The position numbers and the translations under genes are program-made. Below the pieces are notes generated by a model. The model was given only the letters and a program-made list of their open reading frames with translations, ran no database searches and was not told the DNA's origin. A stretch of DNA of 64,000 nt from Antedon mediterranea (taxonomy: Eukaryota; Animalia; Echinodermata): positions 1,014,101 to 1,078,100 of the forward strand of contig NC_092677.1 in NCBI RefSeq assembly GCF_964355755.1, given 5' to 3'. This document shows positions 13,601 to 26,436 of the stretch, piece after piece (position 1 is the stretch's first letter; each line of letters begins with the position of its first letter).

Positions 13601-14045
13601 TAATTTATACTTAGAAGTCACTGGCAGAGAAACAAGACACAGACAAAAAGAAACAAGATGTAAGTATTGATCTGTGAAATACAATCTAAAGATGACAGAC
13701 AAAACGATTTAAATGATATATCACAATTGTTTGATTAATTTCGGCAAAACTTAAAAAATAAACTATTAACTAAAGTGATTTGGTCTAATTTGACTCCCGA
13801 TTAAACGTATTGTTAAACTCTTTGGTAGTAAATTATTGTATTAGTTTTAGAGTTTTGCACTTTATTTATTGCCACAAAGAACAATACTTTTGTAATTTTA
13901 ATTTGCTTTTTGGTAGACTTACATGGATTACGTAGGAGACACTGGCGAGCAAAACCAAACCTATCAAGACTTACAACATAAAGAAGAAGAGTCAGCTTAT
14001 GTTAATGTTAAGGCTGGAAATAAGAACAGGAAGGGGAAAGTGTGA
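7632..14045 (+). CDS. IgSF type-I receptor A1: leader, V-set, C2/I-set, Cys-less Ig/PKD-like domain, S/T stalk, TM, ITAM-like tail
   Basis: Exons 7632-7683, 7983-8324, 9716-9985, 12078-12332, 12633-12686, 13241-13362, 13615-13659, 13917-14045; all GT-AG, phases compatible, open frame. V has C..W..DDGYYQC; TM GLIIGMLFVGIFIGAVGLYIGYII; tail TYMDY..TYQDLQHKEEESAYVNVKAGNKNRKGKV*. Confidence 0.88.
10507..11368 (-). mobile_element. DINE-1/HINE-like element with (GTCG/GTCT)n microsatellite
   Basis: Terminal hairpin TAGTCGCGTGGAAGCGACT, tetranucleotide arrays, end GGCCTTGTTTT; same family at 28150, 53287 and fragments at 27560, 52700. Confidence 0.7.
11420..11495 (+). mobile_element. Degenerate tRNA-derived (SINE-head-like) fragment
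   Basis: A-box TGGTGTAATGG and B-box GGTTCAAGTCC followed by a T-run; no clean cloverleaf. Confidence 0.45.
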
Positions 14046-15930
14046 ACAATTCAGAATTGAAATAAAAAGCATTATAAATATGCTTCATTCATGCTTAAAA
14101 CAAGTGAACGGTTTGAAAAGGAAGAGTATCGATCTACACAAAACAGAATGTGTTCAGTTAAATGTAATTAGATTAGAGTTAAGAGTGTTTAGAGAAACTT
14201 AAGAAAACTTTGACTATATATTATAATTCAAACTTCGGTATAGGCATATAACGTAAATTCATCTAGATATTTTTACTCTATGCCTACTTCCTTTTAATGG
14301 CCAAACTATTCAAACTAGAAGAGCAATAGTTTATTTGGAGCAGACTATAACGGTAATTGTTATGTTTTTATCATAAATGTGTAATTAATTAAGTCAACAT
14401 TTACAGGCTTGTATATTGTTAGCAGATTAATAAATATCTTAACGCTTTTTTTCTACGATTAAACTGAATTTCGATTTTAATCGTTTTAAGTTGAGGTCTA
14501 TTTTCATGTTGTAGGACTACATTGTTTGTGAATGCCCATGACACCCGCTTACTAACCCCCAAAATGTTTCCAGTTTTTTAGTTTTAGTAATTATATAAAC
14601 TTAAATTGGCATTGCATCAATGTATACGATTAACGAATAAAAGAAGGAATATCTTTATATACAGTATTTATAATCTTTTGTTGTCATAGTTTTGCGATTG
14701 TTTAAAATAAACATACATGACGTCTAATTTACAAAAAAGGCTAACTACCTTAAAAAGAATTTAAATTATGCTCTTTTAAAACTAAGAAAACTAATTAAAA
14801 TATCACATTTGTGATTCGTAATCATGGTGCAATGAGTTTCCATTGCCATGTTTTATCAGGTGAGGTAGAGCATTACGTTAAGTTCATGGATCCGCCACTG
14901 TTTCAGAAACATCTCGATTAACCAGCAGTTATTAATACGTACTAGTGGAAAAAACTGAAGTCGAAAACCAAAACATTATAGGCTACTTAGATATGTACTA
15001 CAAATAATGTATTGTACTTCGTAGGATATTTACTTACTATAAGGAATTACGCCACCATTGATCTCATTCTCATCGCTTTTTCTGATGACTCTAAATTTAC
15101 TTATTCGTGAACCATACGAGACGGTAATCAAGCCAATTCGCTTTAGATAAAACAAAAAGTGATTACAGTTCATTCAGTGTAAATGGAACATTAGTTTTAC
15201 CATGGAGAAATAAGTTAGGATTTCTCCATGGTTTTACTCATACCTATAATAACTCGCTGTTGCATTCACGTTTCGGTTTTCATTAATATGAGTCGACAGC
15301 GCTTGAGCAGTCATACAAAAAGTAAGTTTTATATTATATATTTTGTTGGATTTCGTGTTAGATTACACATTGCTTATCAAACTGCTTTTATAATTACCTT
15401 GATAACCTTATTTAGAATTAGAGGTTATAGAGTAATTGATTCAAGCACAGACTTTATGATACATTTCAATAGGTCTACCTTTGGCCTAGACATATAGTTC
15501 GATCATTTAAGGCGGGATTCTAAAGGTATTCATTATTATTCGTTATTTATTTAATTTAAAAAAAAAAAAATAGTATGTGTCAAATTATTCGAATACACAA
15601 ATTATATTACAATTATGTCAATTGTAATCTGTGGTACCCTGGCAGTAGAAGGCCTATATGACAATGTACGTAAAATTTGTTTACACAGAACTATAAGCCT
15701 AAGTACTAAGTTTTAATTCACTCAGTATACACATTGTAATAGTTTTTACTGAATGAAATATAATGTTTAGCTCCATGATGAGGATCTGTTCAAAGATGCT
15801 GTATGCTAAAATGAATAAAATTAACCACATTCTGTATCGCAAATATGCTTAATCGGCTTTGTTAGTTAGTGTATGTGATTGCATTAGGATTTAATAATTT
15901 TCAAGATAAACTGTTGATTCCAGACTTGTA

Positions 15931-18900
15931 ATGGCAATATACAGACTCACAATTGTCTTCATTATTCAACTATGTGATTGTAAGTACATAATACATATTT
16001 TTCTCCATAAAAGGATCCCACAACCAAATTTATGTACTAATATGTTATTATGTTTGATTATCAAATAATAAATAAAACTTAAAAGATTGTTTGGACAATT
16101 CGTTATGGGACAAATATTTTATAAAATAGCTGTATAGTTTATCACATGTTGTAAATTCCAGTCAAGTGAAGATTTGATCCAATTATAAAATTTGTAAATA
16201 AAAAATTGTACAATTAACAATTGCAAGTTTCAATATAATAATAATCTAAATTTTGTGTATTCTATTTGAGTTATAAATAGTCAAACTGAACCTGTAGTCA
16301 ATGTACAAGATGCTAATGTTATATTAGGTGAAGACGCTTTTATCACCTGTAGTTATACACTCAGTGATGCAAGAACGATTATTGCTGCTCAATGGTACAG
16401 TAGCACATCAACAGGAGATCAGTTAAACCTTCTTGTTAATAGTGCTGGTACAAATCCAAATGGTAGATATACAGTTGATATCCCCACAACAACTGCTCAA
16501 GCTACTCTCACCATTACAAACACAGTGTTGTCTGATGAAGGATATTATCTATGTAGAGTTGTTGATTCACCTCATGCTGAAACTGGTGAACAGTTTGGAA
16601 AACTTAATGTTCAATGTAAGTATATAAATTAACATGGCAATAATAGGCCTAAGCTAAGTGTTCAATGTAGTAAATTGATTAATGTGACAATATTAAGCTA
16701 TTGTGAATAAATAATTACAAATTCAAGTCTTATAATGATTTACTTGCTGGTCCTATGTAATTCGTTCTTTCAATGAGCAATTCATATTATAGTTAAAGAA
16801 CTGTTAACGTTTGATGAGCAATAATCAGTTGTCTGGATTCTAAGTGGAATTGAAATATATTTGATATTATTTGAGTTTGTACATTTTATTATAGTTGGTC
16901 AACCTCAACCTGTAGTGAATGTACAAGATACAAATGTTACATTAGGTGAAGATGCTGTTATCAGCTGTGAGCACACGCTCAGTGGTTCAAGAACACTTCT
17001 AGGTGTTCAATGGTACAATAGCACATCAACAGGAGATAGGTTGAACCTTCTTATTAATACTTTTGCCACGAATCTAATTGGTAGATATACAGCTGATACC
17101 TCGCAAACTGGTGTAACTACTCTCACCATTGCAAACACAGTGTTGTCTGATGGTGGATATTATCTATGTAGAGTTGTTGATTCGCTAACTGAAAATGGTG
17201 AACATTTTGGAAAACTTAATGTTCAATGTAAGTTTGTATTGTTCCCTCTGCTGATTGTTTGCAGTAGGTTATTATATCACCTAATTTTGGAATTCATTTC
17301 ATCTCTCTTACAGATATTGATGACGTTATTATTGATATCGATTCATATACTAATCCCTCATTCACAATGACGTGTTCTGGAAATGGTAATCCTGTTCCTA
17401 AATTAAATCTCTATCACGATGAGACTACTATAGTAACTGGTACAATAACAATACTAAGATACACACAAAGTAAAATAACAGAAGATGACAATGGAAACTA
17501 CAAATGTATAGCTAGTAGTACCGCTGGACAAAAGGAAAGTGAATTGATAGAACTAGAATACTGTAAGTAAACATTTTATTATTAATAGCTTATCCAAGAT
17601 GAAAAGTGCAGATGATCAACACACTGCTTTTAAGTATCTGGTATGAAGAAGCATTGCTGCCTTCGCATAGTTAGTAATTTTTAATCACTCCTGGAGGAAA
17701 TATATAGATATCTATATATTTCCTCCATGCATCAAGTTCTGAGATAAGGTCCTAAAATAAAAACAAATAGATCGATACTATACTGCTTGATGCATGATGT
17801 ATGCGTTATGATAAACCTTTCTATCTTCTTTAGATAAACCTGTTTTTGATTCCCTTATGAATAAAAAAGCCTCTTCTAACGAAAGTGTTATTTTTTAGAT
17901 TGAAAACCTATCATACAATCCTAATGACGTCACTTACAAATGGACAATTGATGACACAGAAATTGACTATGAAGATGGTAACCCAACATTAGAATTCACA
18001 TTGCCAGTTATGGAATATACAATAACGTTGAATGTGACCAATAGCATTGGATCCACGATAGACTCTACGACATGCACAGTTCAAAGTAAGTTATGATGTT
18101 TGAATCATTGAATTATATCATACATATTACTATCACACATACTCATAACGTTCTTGTAGTCCGATATCCGTACGCAAATGTTTAATACAGATGTATTTAT
18201 AGTGATGAGAAACATATGATACCGGTAGTGCTTAAAGCGATTCATGGGTATTATTATCTTGAATCAAATATGCCTCATTTCTGAGTTACCACATACTTTT
18301 ATAAAGTTTGTTGTTGGCTTATTGTATTTTATTTTTGAGTCACAGCCGATCTATTTAAACCCTGCGAATGTGAAGAAACAACAGAAGAAACAGGCAACAA
18401 CAGCCCAGGTTTACTCATTGGAATGTTCTTCGTTGGAATATTCATTGGTGCCCTTGGATTGTCTATTGGATTGTTTATGTATACAAAGACAACGCAGGTT
18501 TGACATCGATAGTTTTTAATTGTAAAATTGAATCTACTAATTTGCATAATAGTTTAAAGATTAAAGTAATTTGAGCAAAATCAAACTTTTACATAATATA
18601 AGGTTGTAACGTTTCTAAAACACTCTTGACATTTGTATCTAGAAGCAAACAACTAACAAGGAAAAAACGGAAAAGAAACAAGATGTAAGCATTCGCATTT
18701 ATTTTTAAATAATTTCGTCAATTACTTAGAAATTTGCAAATAAAGACGCCATTCTTTGTTATTCTATCTTTTATATTTAATGTAATATTTGGTGTACTTT
18801 AAAATTCTAGCTAACTTTATTGAATTGATTTATCTTGTCACAGACTTATATGGAGTATACTGTTGAAAGACCTACTGATGGGGAAAACCATACCTATCAA

Positions 18901-18978
18901 GATTTACAACATAAAGTTGAGGAATCAGCTTATGTTAATGTTAAGACTGGGAATAGGAACAAGGGTTTGAAAGTGTAA
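15931..18978 (+). pseudogene. IgSF receptor A2: leader, two V-set exons, C2/I-set, third-type domain with in-frame TAG, TM, ITAM-like tail (pseudogene, secreted form or exon-skipped form)
   Basis: Exons 15931-15979, 16271-16615, 16895-17227, 17314-17562, 17834-18085 (TAG at 17896-17898), 18346-18497, 18643-18684, 18844-18978. Tail TYMEY..TYQDLQHKVEESAYVNV..LKV*. Confidence 0.78.
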
Positions 18979-19859
18979 ACTAAGAAGAGAATATAATGGA
19001 CAAAGATGTAACATTACGGATGATGTGATGCCACGAGGGACTCTAGGGTATGGGGAGTATATCTTAAATAAAGAATAGAAGCACGATTAATTGTCGATTA
19101 CATTATGTAATTTAGTATTTTGAATGGATAAGGTGAGATGATCCATACAGGATATAAGTATAGCCACGTGTATGTAGACATTTAGGCCTAGTAAACATTG
19201 TGCTGTTAAAATGGTAAAATGGTAGGTTATATAAGTGGGTAAAACCCAAAGACGAGTACTATTGATGGGTAAGAACATCAATTAACACGATTGAAGCTTG
19301 GTAAAAGGAATGAAAATTAAAGATATATAAATAAATCAATTAATTCCTAAATGTATAACCAGGAGATGGTTTTACTATGAATAATGAATGGCGTGTGCCA
19401 AGATTCATGCTCGTTGAGCTTGACTTGATGTATTTCAAACTCAGGTTTAAGGATTCAAATACTGTAAGATATCGATAAGCCAGTATTGTTTTATTGTAGG
19501 AATTGCGGAAATAAAAAAAAAATGAAAAGGAAAGCAGATATAGCATCGAGAATATAGTTTCTCCATGAGTGTATTTTATGAATCATAAGTACACTTAATG
19601 AACCATGAAGGTGAACAAAAGTTAAAATAAATAATGTTTAGATTTATCGTTAGTTACTTCCCTGAAGGGACAATCTAAATATTGTGCTTATGTGAAAAAA
19701 AGATTATACCTAGTCCATGTGACGGAAAATAAATGAATAAAATTTATTCATTTAATTTCTGTCACAAGTGTACTAACATTTTATTTACTAAATCTCTATG
19801 ATGATTTGAGTATAATATTGTAAACAAATAAATATAATTTGTCATTACATTATATCCAC

Positions 19860-21960
19860 CCTATAGTATTTGTTTATGGGCCTAATTACTGTAAATAATA
19901 ATGAGTGAGTCCGAGTCATATCGAAGAAGAAGATTTCCATAACATAGACTATTGCCTATGAGATAATCGAAACAACAGTGTAGAACAACCATTCGTGTCT
20001 GAGTATGCTGCTAACGCCAAGAAGGCAAATTCATCCATTCACTTTTGTAAACAAGGCCATGTACATGGCTGCAGTCGCGTGATCAATTTAGTGTATACCG
20101 ACCTACCCGACTAAAAATTGGAAATGGGAGGGGGGGAGACTAACAGTGACGTGACTTTAGTGAAGGAGATAAGAGGAAGGTTTATCATTCTACGATACAC
20201 GAAGGTATTACTGTGCGTTTAATTACTAACGACAGCATCAATAATGCAAATACACTGCATTATCGACATTATAGCTTGAACACATTATCTTATATTATCA
20301 ATTAAGTGTCTGATCAATTATATCAATAAAATTCTACCTCAAACTACCACTAAGTACTGCACGGCAACACACGTCTCTTGAACATCATTTCTAGCCAAAT
20401 CCATTCTACAATACATATCGACGAAACAAGATTAGCTTAGAAACGTTCACTTAGAAATAGTGTTAATTATTATCAATAAGCATATAATTGCACTCAAGCT
20501 AACACTGAAACTATACTTCAAAATGTAATTTCAACAAATACTGTAAACATACTTTAAACGCTAACCTGTGCTTCTGAACCTAGATACCGTCCCTCGCTAA
20601 ACAAAACGTAAGCAAACGACGAGAAAAATAACACAAACGTCTGTTATCACCTGTATGCAAATGACGAACATTACGTAATACAACAAAGCAGTTCTAAGCT
20701 TTAACCATGTATGAAACGTCACAATATGTTTCACAATAAAATACAGAAAGAATATAGGCTACGAATGAATGGATAATACGAACTGACGCGAATGGACAAA
20801 ACAATAGACCAATTTACGAGTTAATGAAACTAAATAGTTGGTAATTATTTATCATTTATGTATATTTGTTTTTATTAACTGGTATGCCACCAAATATAAT
20901 TTCTCAGAATCAAATTGTATTTATTTATTTTATTTATTTGTTCTTTATACTGGATGACCTCTTCAGTAAAAAAATGTTCTCTCAATCAGAGGGCTCAGTA
21001 CACAAAACACAGTATACAGCAGAGAATAAAAAACCCCACCCATCCCACATTCAAAATCATCCCCACCAGCATTTACTGTTCCCATATTATTATATTTGTG
21101 AAGAAGGTAGTATACAACAAGTTATACTGTAAATGTTCTACTATACATCTGACAATATGCATAAAATTGAAGAAGTACAATGAGGAACCCAACGTATTAC
21201 ATTATCTAATAAAAGAAAAGGTTCCGGCTTTTCCCCACTTTATTCTAATTTGGTTTAAATGGTTCAAAGGCAGGGCAACGAAAAACATCTATTTTTTTTT
21301 AAAGAAGAGAAAAAAGCCATGTTATGCATACAGTTTAGAACGCGTTGGGAAAGAATAAATACAAATGTTATCTTCTAAATTGTAAAATCATTAAAAATAC
21401 AGTACTTCTATTTAGTTAAATGTTAAATGTTAAATGTAAAATGTATTATTACTGGTCCTCAAGTTTAACTGGAAACTGAGGAAATTCGGATTAGGCCCTC
21501 CACGGACCCATGGCAGCCAGCAGTGCAGCGCCTACTACCAGATCAGCACACCGGGAGACGATCGCCTACTCTTTTCGAATAGTGTACCAAGTTCTTTAAC
21601 GTGCACTGTTAAGTACACGGGACCAATGGCTTTACATCCCATCCGAAGGACGAGGAAATTTGCTATTGTATAATATTTATTTATTTCAGTTTTTGGAATA
21701 ACTTGAGCTTCACACATATTAGACGAAAGAGCACCAGGGTTTCCTGTTTGTGGCTACAAAATACAAACAGTTCCTTGTTGGTTTTATGATTATATCATGG
21801 AGGATTCCTCCATGATTATGATATTGTTATGCTTACACACTCAGTACAGTACAGTATATTACACAATACACAAAAGCACTATTTTACTTCCTTGTAGGGA
21901 TGAACTAAACATTCCAAAGACCAATTAAATTACTGAGCAAGGAATAATAATATATTCACA
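19860..21960 (+). pseudogene. Relic of a family-B gene: upstream and 3' flanking homology retained, coding exons missing
   Basis: 19861 resembles 27331; 20648 matches 27904 (CACCTGTATGCAAAT); 21191 resembles 28740; 21775-21960 resembles 33570-33710 (TTGTTGGTTTTAT; ACTTCCTTGTAGGGATG.ACTAAACATT). Confidence 0.45.
21414..21655 (-). mobile_element. 5'-truncated Deu/Nin-domain SINE
   Basis: Minus strand CGTCCTTCGGATGGGATGTAAAGCC..GCACGTTAAAGAAC..TTCGAAAAGAGTAGG..CCCGGTGT resembles the DeuSINE core; short (TTTAACA)n tail. Confidence 0.65.
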
Positions 21961-22443
21961 AAAAATAAAAAATACATTACAAAAATATATTTTGTATAAC
22001 ATATTATAAAATTCATATTGTATCATTGGGTGCAGTCTATTTACATATACTGTAGCTATTAACGTATGGGTACATTGTAAACGTACAGAGGACTTAGTTT
22101 CAATTGAAATGAACTGACATTTTGATTGGTCGCCCTCTCTCCATTTCGTATAAACTATTCTGCATGGTGTATCGATAGCCTTCTCGTGCTAGTTAAACTT
22201 TGTACACTACACAAAAGTAAGTTTGATTTGTTGTACACAATTTATTTATAAATTATTATTTCATGATTTCATACCATTAATGATTTCAGTAGAACGACTG
22301 AACGCCGTTAAACTTATACAATATAGTCAGTGTTATAGTCTGCATAGAATTGGTTATTAACTTGTATTCGACAAGGATATGTTGATCGAAAAGTTGGCAA
22401 ATACTGAATAAACATAGTATATACATTTTATAAACAGATTGAA

Positions 22444-25400
22444 ATGGTGATGATATTTCATTCTGTGATAATTTACCTGATTTTCCAGCAGTGTGATCGT
22501 AAGTACCGTACTACATATTCAAGAGGGCAAAAAAATACAACAATAAATCCACATCCTCAGACAATAACCGTAAATAGGTCGAGAAAGGTTAGACTAAAAA
22601 TATAGAATTTATTATTTAATCAACATTTTTATAAGCTTTATTATTTATCAATATTAATGACTAACATGCTGTTTAAAGTAAGTTTACCATGAGGCTATGG
22701 ATCACAAATACAAAGGAAATACTACATCTGTTCAATATAATTAAAGCACATTGACAACTCAAGTCAAAGATTTGATGATTAACTTTTGACAATTTTTTTT
22801 TTTATCAACAATAATATTCTATTTCAGTTACAAACGGTCAAACCTCTCCAGTAGTCAATGTACAAGATGCTACTATTAAATTAGGTGAAGATGCTGTTAT
22901 CATCTGTAGTTACACACTCACTGGTTCTACAAGAACACTTTTTGCTGTTCAATGGTACAATAGCACATCAACAGGAGATAGGTTCAACCTTCTTATTAAT
23001 AGTGCTGGTACAAATCCAAATGGTAGATATACAGTTGATACCTCACAAACTGGTGTAGCTACTCTCACCATTGCAAACACAGTGTTGTCTGATGATGGAT
23101 ACTATCTATGTAGAGTTGTTGATTCATTTGTTGAAACTGGTGATCATTTTGGAAAACTTAATGTTCAATGTAAGTATTCATTTACATTTTAAATGATCTA
23201 CCGTATTAGTTTGTTTTGTATTTGGTATATTTTTATACTAGAAATATTTTTATATGTTCTTGTTCGAGGGGAATAGTTTTCGTGTACTTTCTGACCTGAA
23301 ACAAATAAAAATAAAATCAACCAGACACAGATTTGGAATTCTAACTCCAAACGTTTCGATATTAGGATTGCTGACAATAATATTTCGTTTGGCTAAATGT
23401 ATTAAACAGAAAGGTCTACGTCAGAAATATGTTAATATTTTTTTTAGATAATGTATTGTTGCGGTATTATCACTATAGTTTTTAAATCAATTTAAAGTTA
23501 TTCGACTTAATTAGCGAACATTGTATATTAATGTTCTGTCTTTATCTTTGCAGACTTTGACAGTGGTAGTAATCTTGCAATTGATGTCAATAGTATAACC
23601 ACTCCACATAATGTTATAATCACATGCTCTGGTTTTATAGATGGCTCTCCAGTTCCTTATATAAACCTCTATAAAGATAACAATATTATTAAAATACAGA
23701 ATTCATTACCTATGATATACATGATAGCTACTGTGTTAGAGGATGATGGAGGAAACTACAGATGTGAAGCAAATAACAGTGTAGGAAGTGTAACAAGTAA
23801 TACAATAACACTCGATTACTGTAAGTACTATAACAAACTTTAAAATCAATCTCATTAAATTTCTTTTCTCATTATTTTTAATGAGTTCTATTATTGACAA
23901 CATTAAACAAGGTTGGTATATTAGGTATTTGCCTTTACAGTATGTACTGTTGTTAAATGTGCATGGTTATGACTATCAACAGAACAACAATTATATGTAT
24001 TTGAAGAATCTAGTGTTAGTATCTAATGATAATTAGACTACCATTCAAGTTTATCGCCTTTATTATGCCTAAACAAGGTTGGATATTTGACTTTAGAGCA
24101 TTGGCTATGAGGTACTGTTATTTTCAACTTAACTCTTAATAAACCGAATGGCCTATGATAATTCTTGCTGCTTAGAGTATCACTGTAATTAAACGAACAA
24201 TTACATGTAATTATGCTTGTCTTTAATATTCAGGCTATATCAATTTCCCCCCAGATTTAACTGGTACTATCACCATTCGTTCCACTTCTAATGATACTAC
24301 TATAGTATTCAACTGCTCTGGTTCAGTTGACGGTAATCCATCTCCTGACATAATCCTTCACAAAGATGGTGATATCATTCGACAACAATCTACATTACCT
24401 ATAATATACACAATAAGCAGTCCAACAGAGAGTGATGCTGGACACTACATGTGTGAAGCTAATAATACAGCTTTCTCTACTAGAAGCAGTGTATTAGAAC
24501 TGTGTAAGTACCTGATACAATTTGTGTTCGGTTTTCCGAAAGCGAAAATAAAAGTGTTATTATGCCAAATCATAATGATGGTTAAAAAAAATGAATTCAT
24601 TAAATAAAGACAAATAAATTCAGCAGATCATTCACAAGTAAATCTGCGTCTAATGAGAGCAATTTACCACTCTGAACCAGAATTTAATACTAAATGGATT
24701 TTAAAACGTACATTTTTTCCAGATCATTTATTCTTTTTTTTTTAAACGGAATTTGAATATTTGGATTGTTTTTTTTATCATATCACAGGTTTTACAAAAT
24801 AGTTTAGAAAAAGGGGTATTAATAAAGCTATTTTTATCAGATAAACCAATTCTTGAAGAAAATACTGTTGGACCTGGTGACAACTATGTCGTCACATTTG
24901 ATGGTGAAGCTAACCCTCAACAGGTAACTTATGTTTGGAGCATTGACGGCGTTGTGGATCCAGATGCAAATTCTGCAACATTCACGTTCACTGCATCAAT
25001 GGAAGTTGGCACAGTTCATGAAATAACAGTGATAGTTACAAATCTTATTGGGTCAACTTCTAAGACAATACGGATCACGGTCTCAGGTTGATATATACTC
25101 AGTTTATATTAAGGTCCAAGCTCAATAATCTGACCATTATAAGTGCATACAGAAAACAAATATCAAAATGAATTGCAATGGCCTAATACGATTTAACAGT
25201 ATTATTTAAGATAAATTTGCAATGATTTGTTAATGTTTTTCATTTAGCTACCAATATTGAATCAACAACAAATTCAGCAAAAACCACAATGCCATCTACC
25301 GGTAAGCAAAAGTAGTTTTTATGCTTTTTAGGCTTTTCTTATTTAATTGTGAGTGTGTTTTTATTTCATCATAGACACAAAGCATTTTGTTTAAAACAGA

Positions 25401-26436
25401 TGCGGCTAATTTTACAATATCATATTCTATTAGATAAGACCTATAATAACCTATTCGAATTTATCAAAATAATCTATTTCTAAATACTTAGTTGAAGTTG
25501 AATAAAGACTAATAAGCCTATTACAATTCAGTATAAATTATAATCCCTGTTGATACAATAATACTGCTAACCTTTATATACATATAAAACGTACTTTACT
25601 TTTCAGAGACAACAGTTGGGCCCTCCAATAGCAATACAGGTCTGATCATTGGAATGCTCTTTGTTGGTATCATCATTGGTGCCGTAGGATTTTATATTTG
25701 GCAAATTATTTACAATAAGATAAGGAAGGTTTGTTAGATTGTAATGATGACTTTAATATAATATATTTGTAATTATAAAACATGCAGACTATGAGTCCTT
25801 ATGCCATACAAAGTAATATAATGGCAATTCATGCATTCTAGCAAAAGATGCTTTGAATTCGACTACAAGCTTTACAACACGTCACAATGTCCGTTATTGT
25901 TTGGTTTCAATTTACAAAATTTACCTTCGAGTAGAAGAGATAAGGTTATGAACACTTACATCATTATCCTTAAAATATATTGCAATAAATGGAGTTGAAA
26001 GATACATGTAATGACATGCAGAGTAATAACATCATTTTGTTATTCTTTATTTAGAAGTCACTGTCAGAAAAACAAGACACAGACAAAAGAAAACAAGATG
26101 TAAGTATTGATCTATAGGCTAAATACAATAAAGATGAATAACAAAACGATTAAATATTCAATTAAATAAAAAAATGTTTAGTTTTACAAAAACTGCGAGA
26201 TTCATTTGGTCGTGGTAGACAAACATCAATAGAATGTTAAAATACAAAAACAAGAAATGACAATTACAGGCCCTTATAAGTTTACAATTAATGTATTTAC
26301 TTGCCAGACATACATGGATTATGTAGGAGAAAGTAGCGGGCCAAACCAAACCTATCAAGATTTACAACATAAAGTAGAAGAATCAGCTTATGTTAATGTT
26401 AAAGCTGGAAATAAGAAAAAGAAAGCGAAAATATGA
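22444..26436 (+). CDS. IgSF type-I receptor A3: leader, V-set, two C2/I-set, Cys-less Ig/PKD-like domain, stalk, TM, ITAM-like tail
   Basis: Exons 22444-22498, 22828-23169, 23554-23820, 24255-24503, 24841-25086, 25248-25301, 25607-25728, 26055-26099, 26308-26436; open frame; tail TYMDY..TYQDLQHKVEESAYVNVKAGNKKKKAKI*. Confidence 0.88.
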
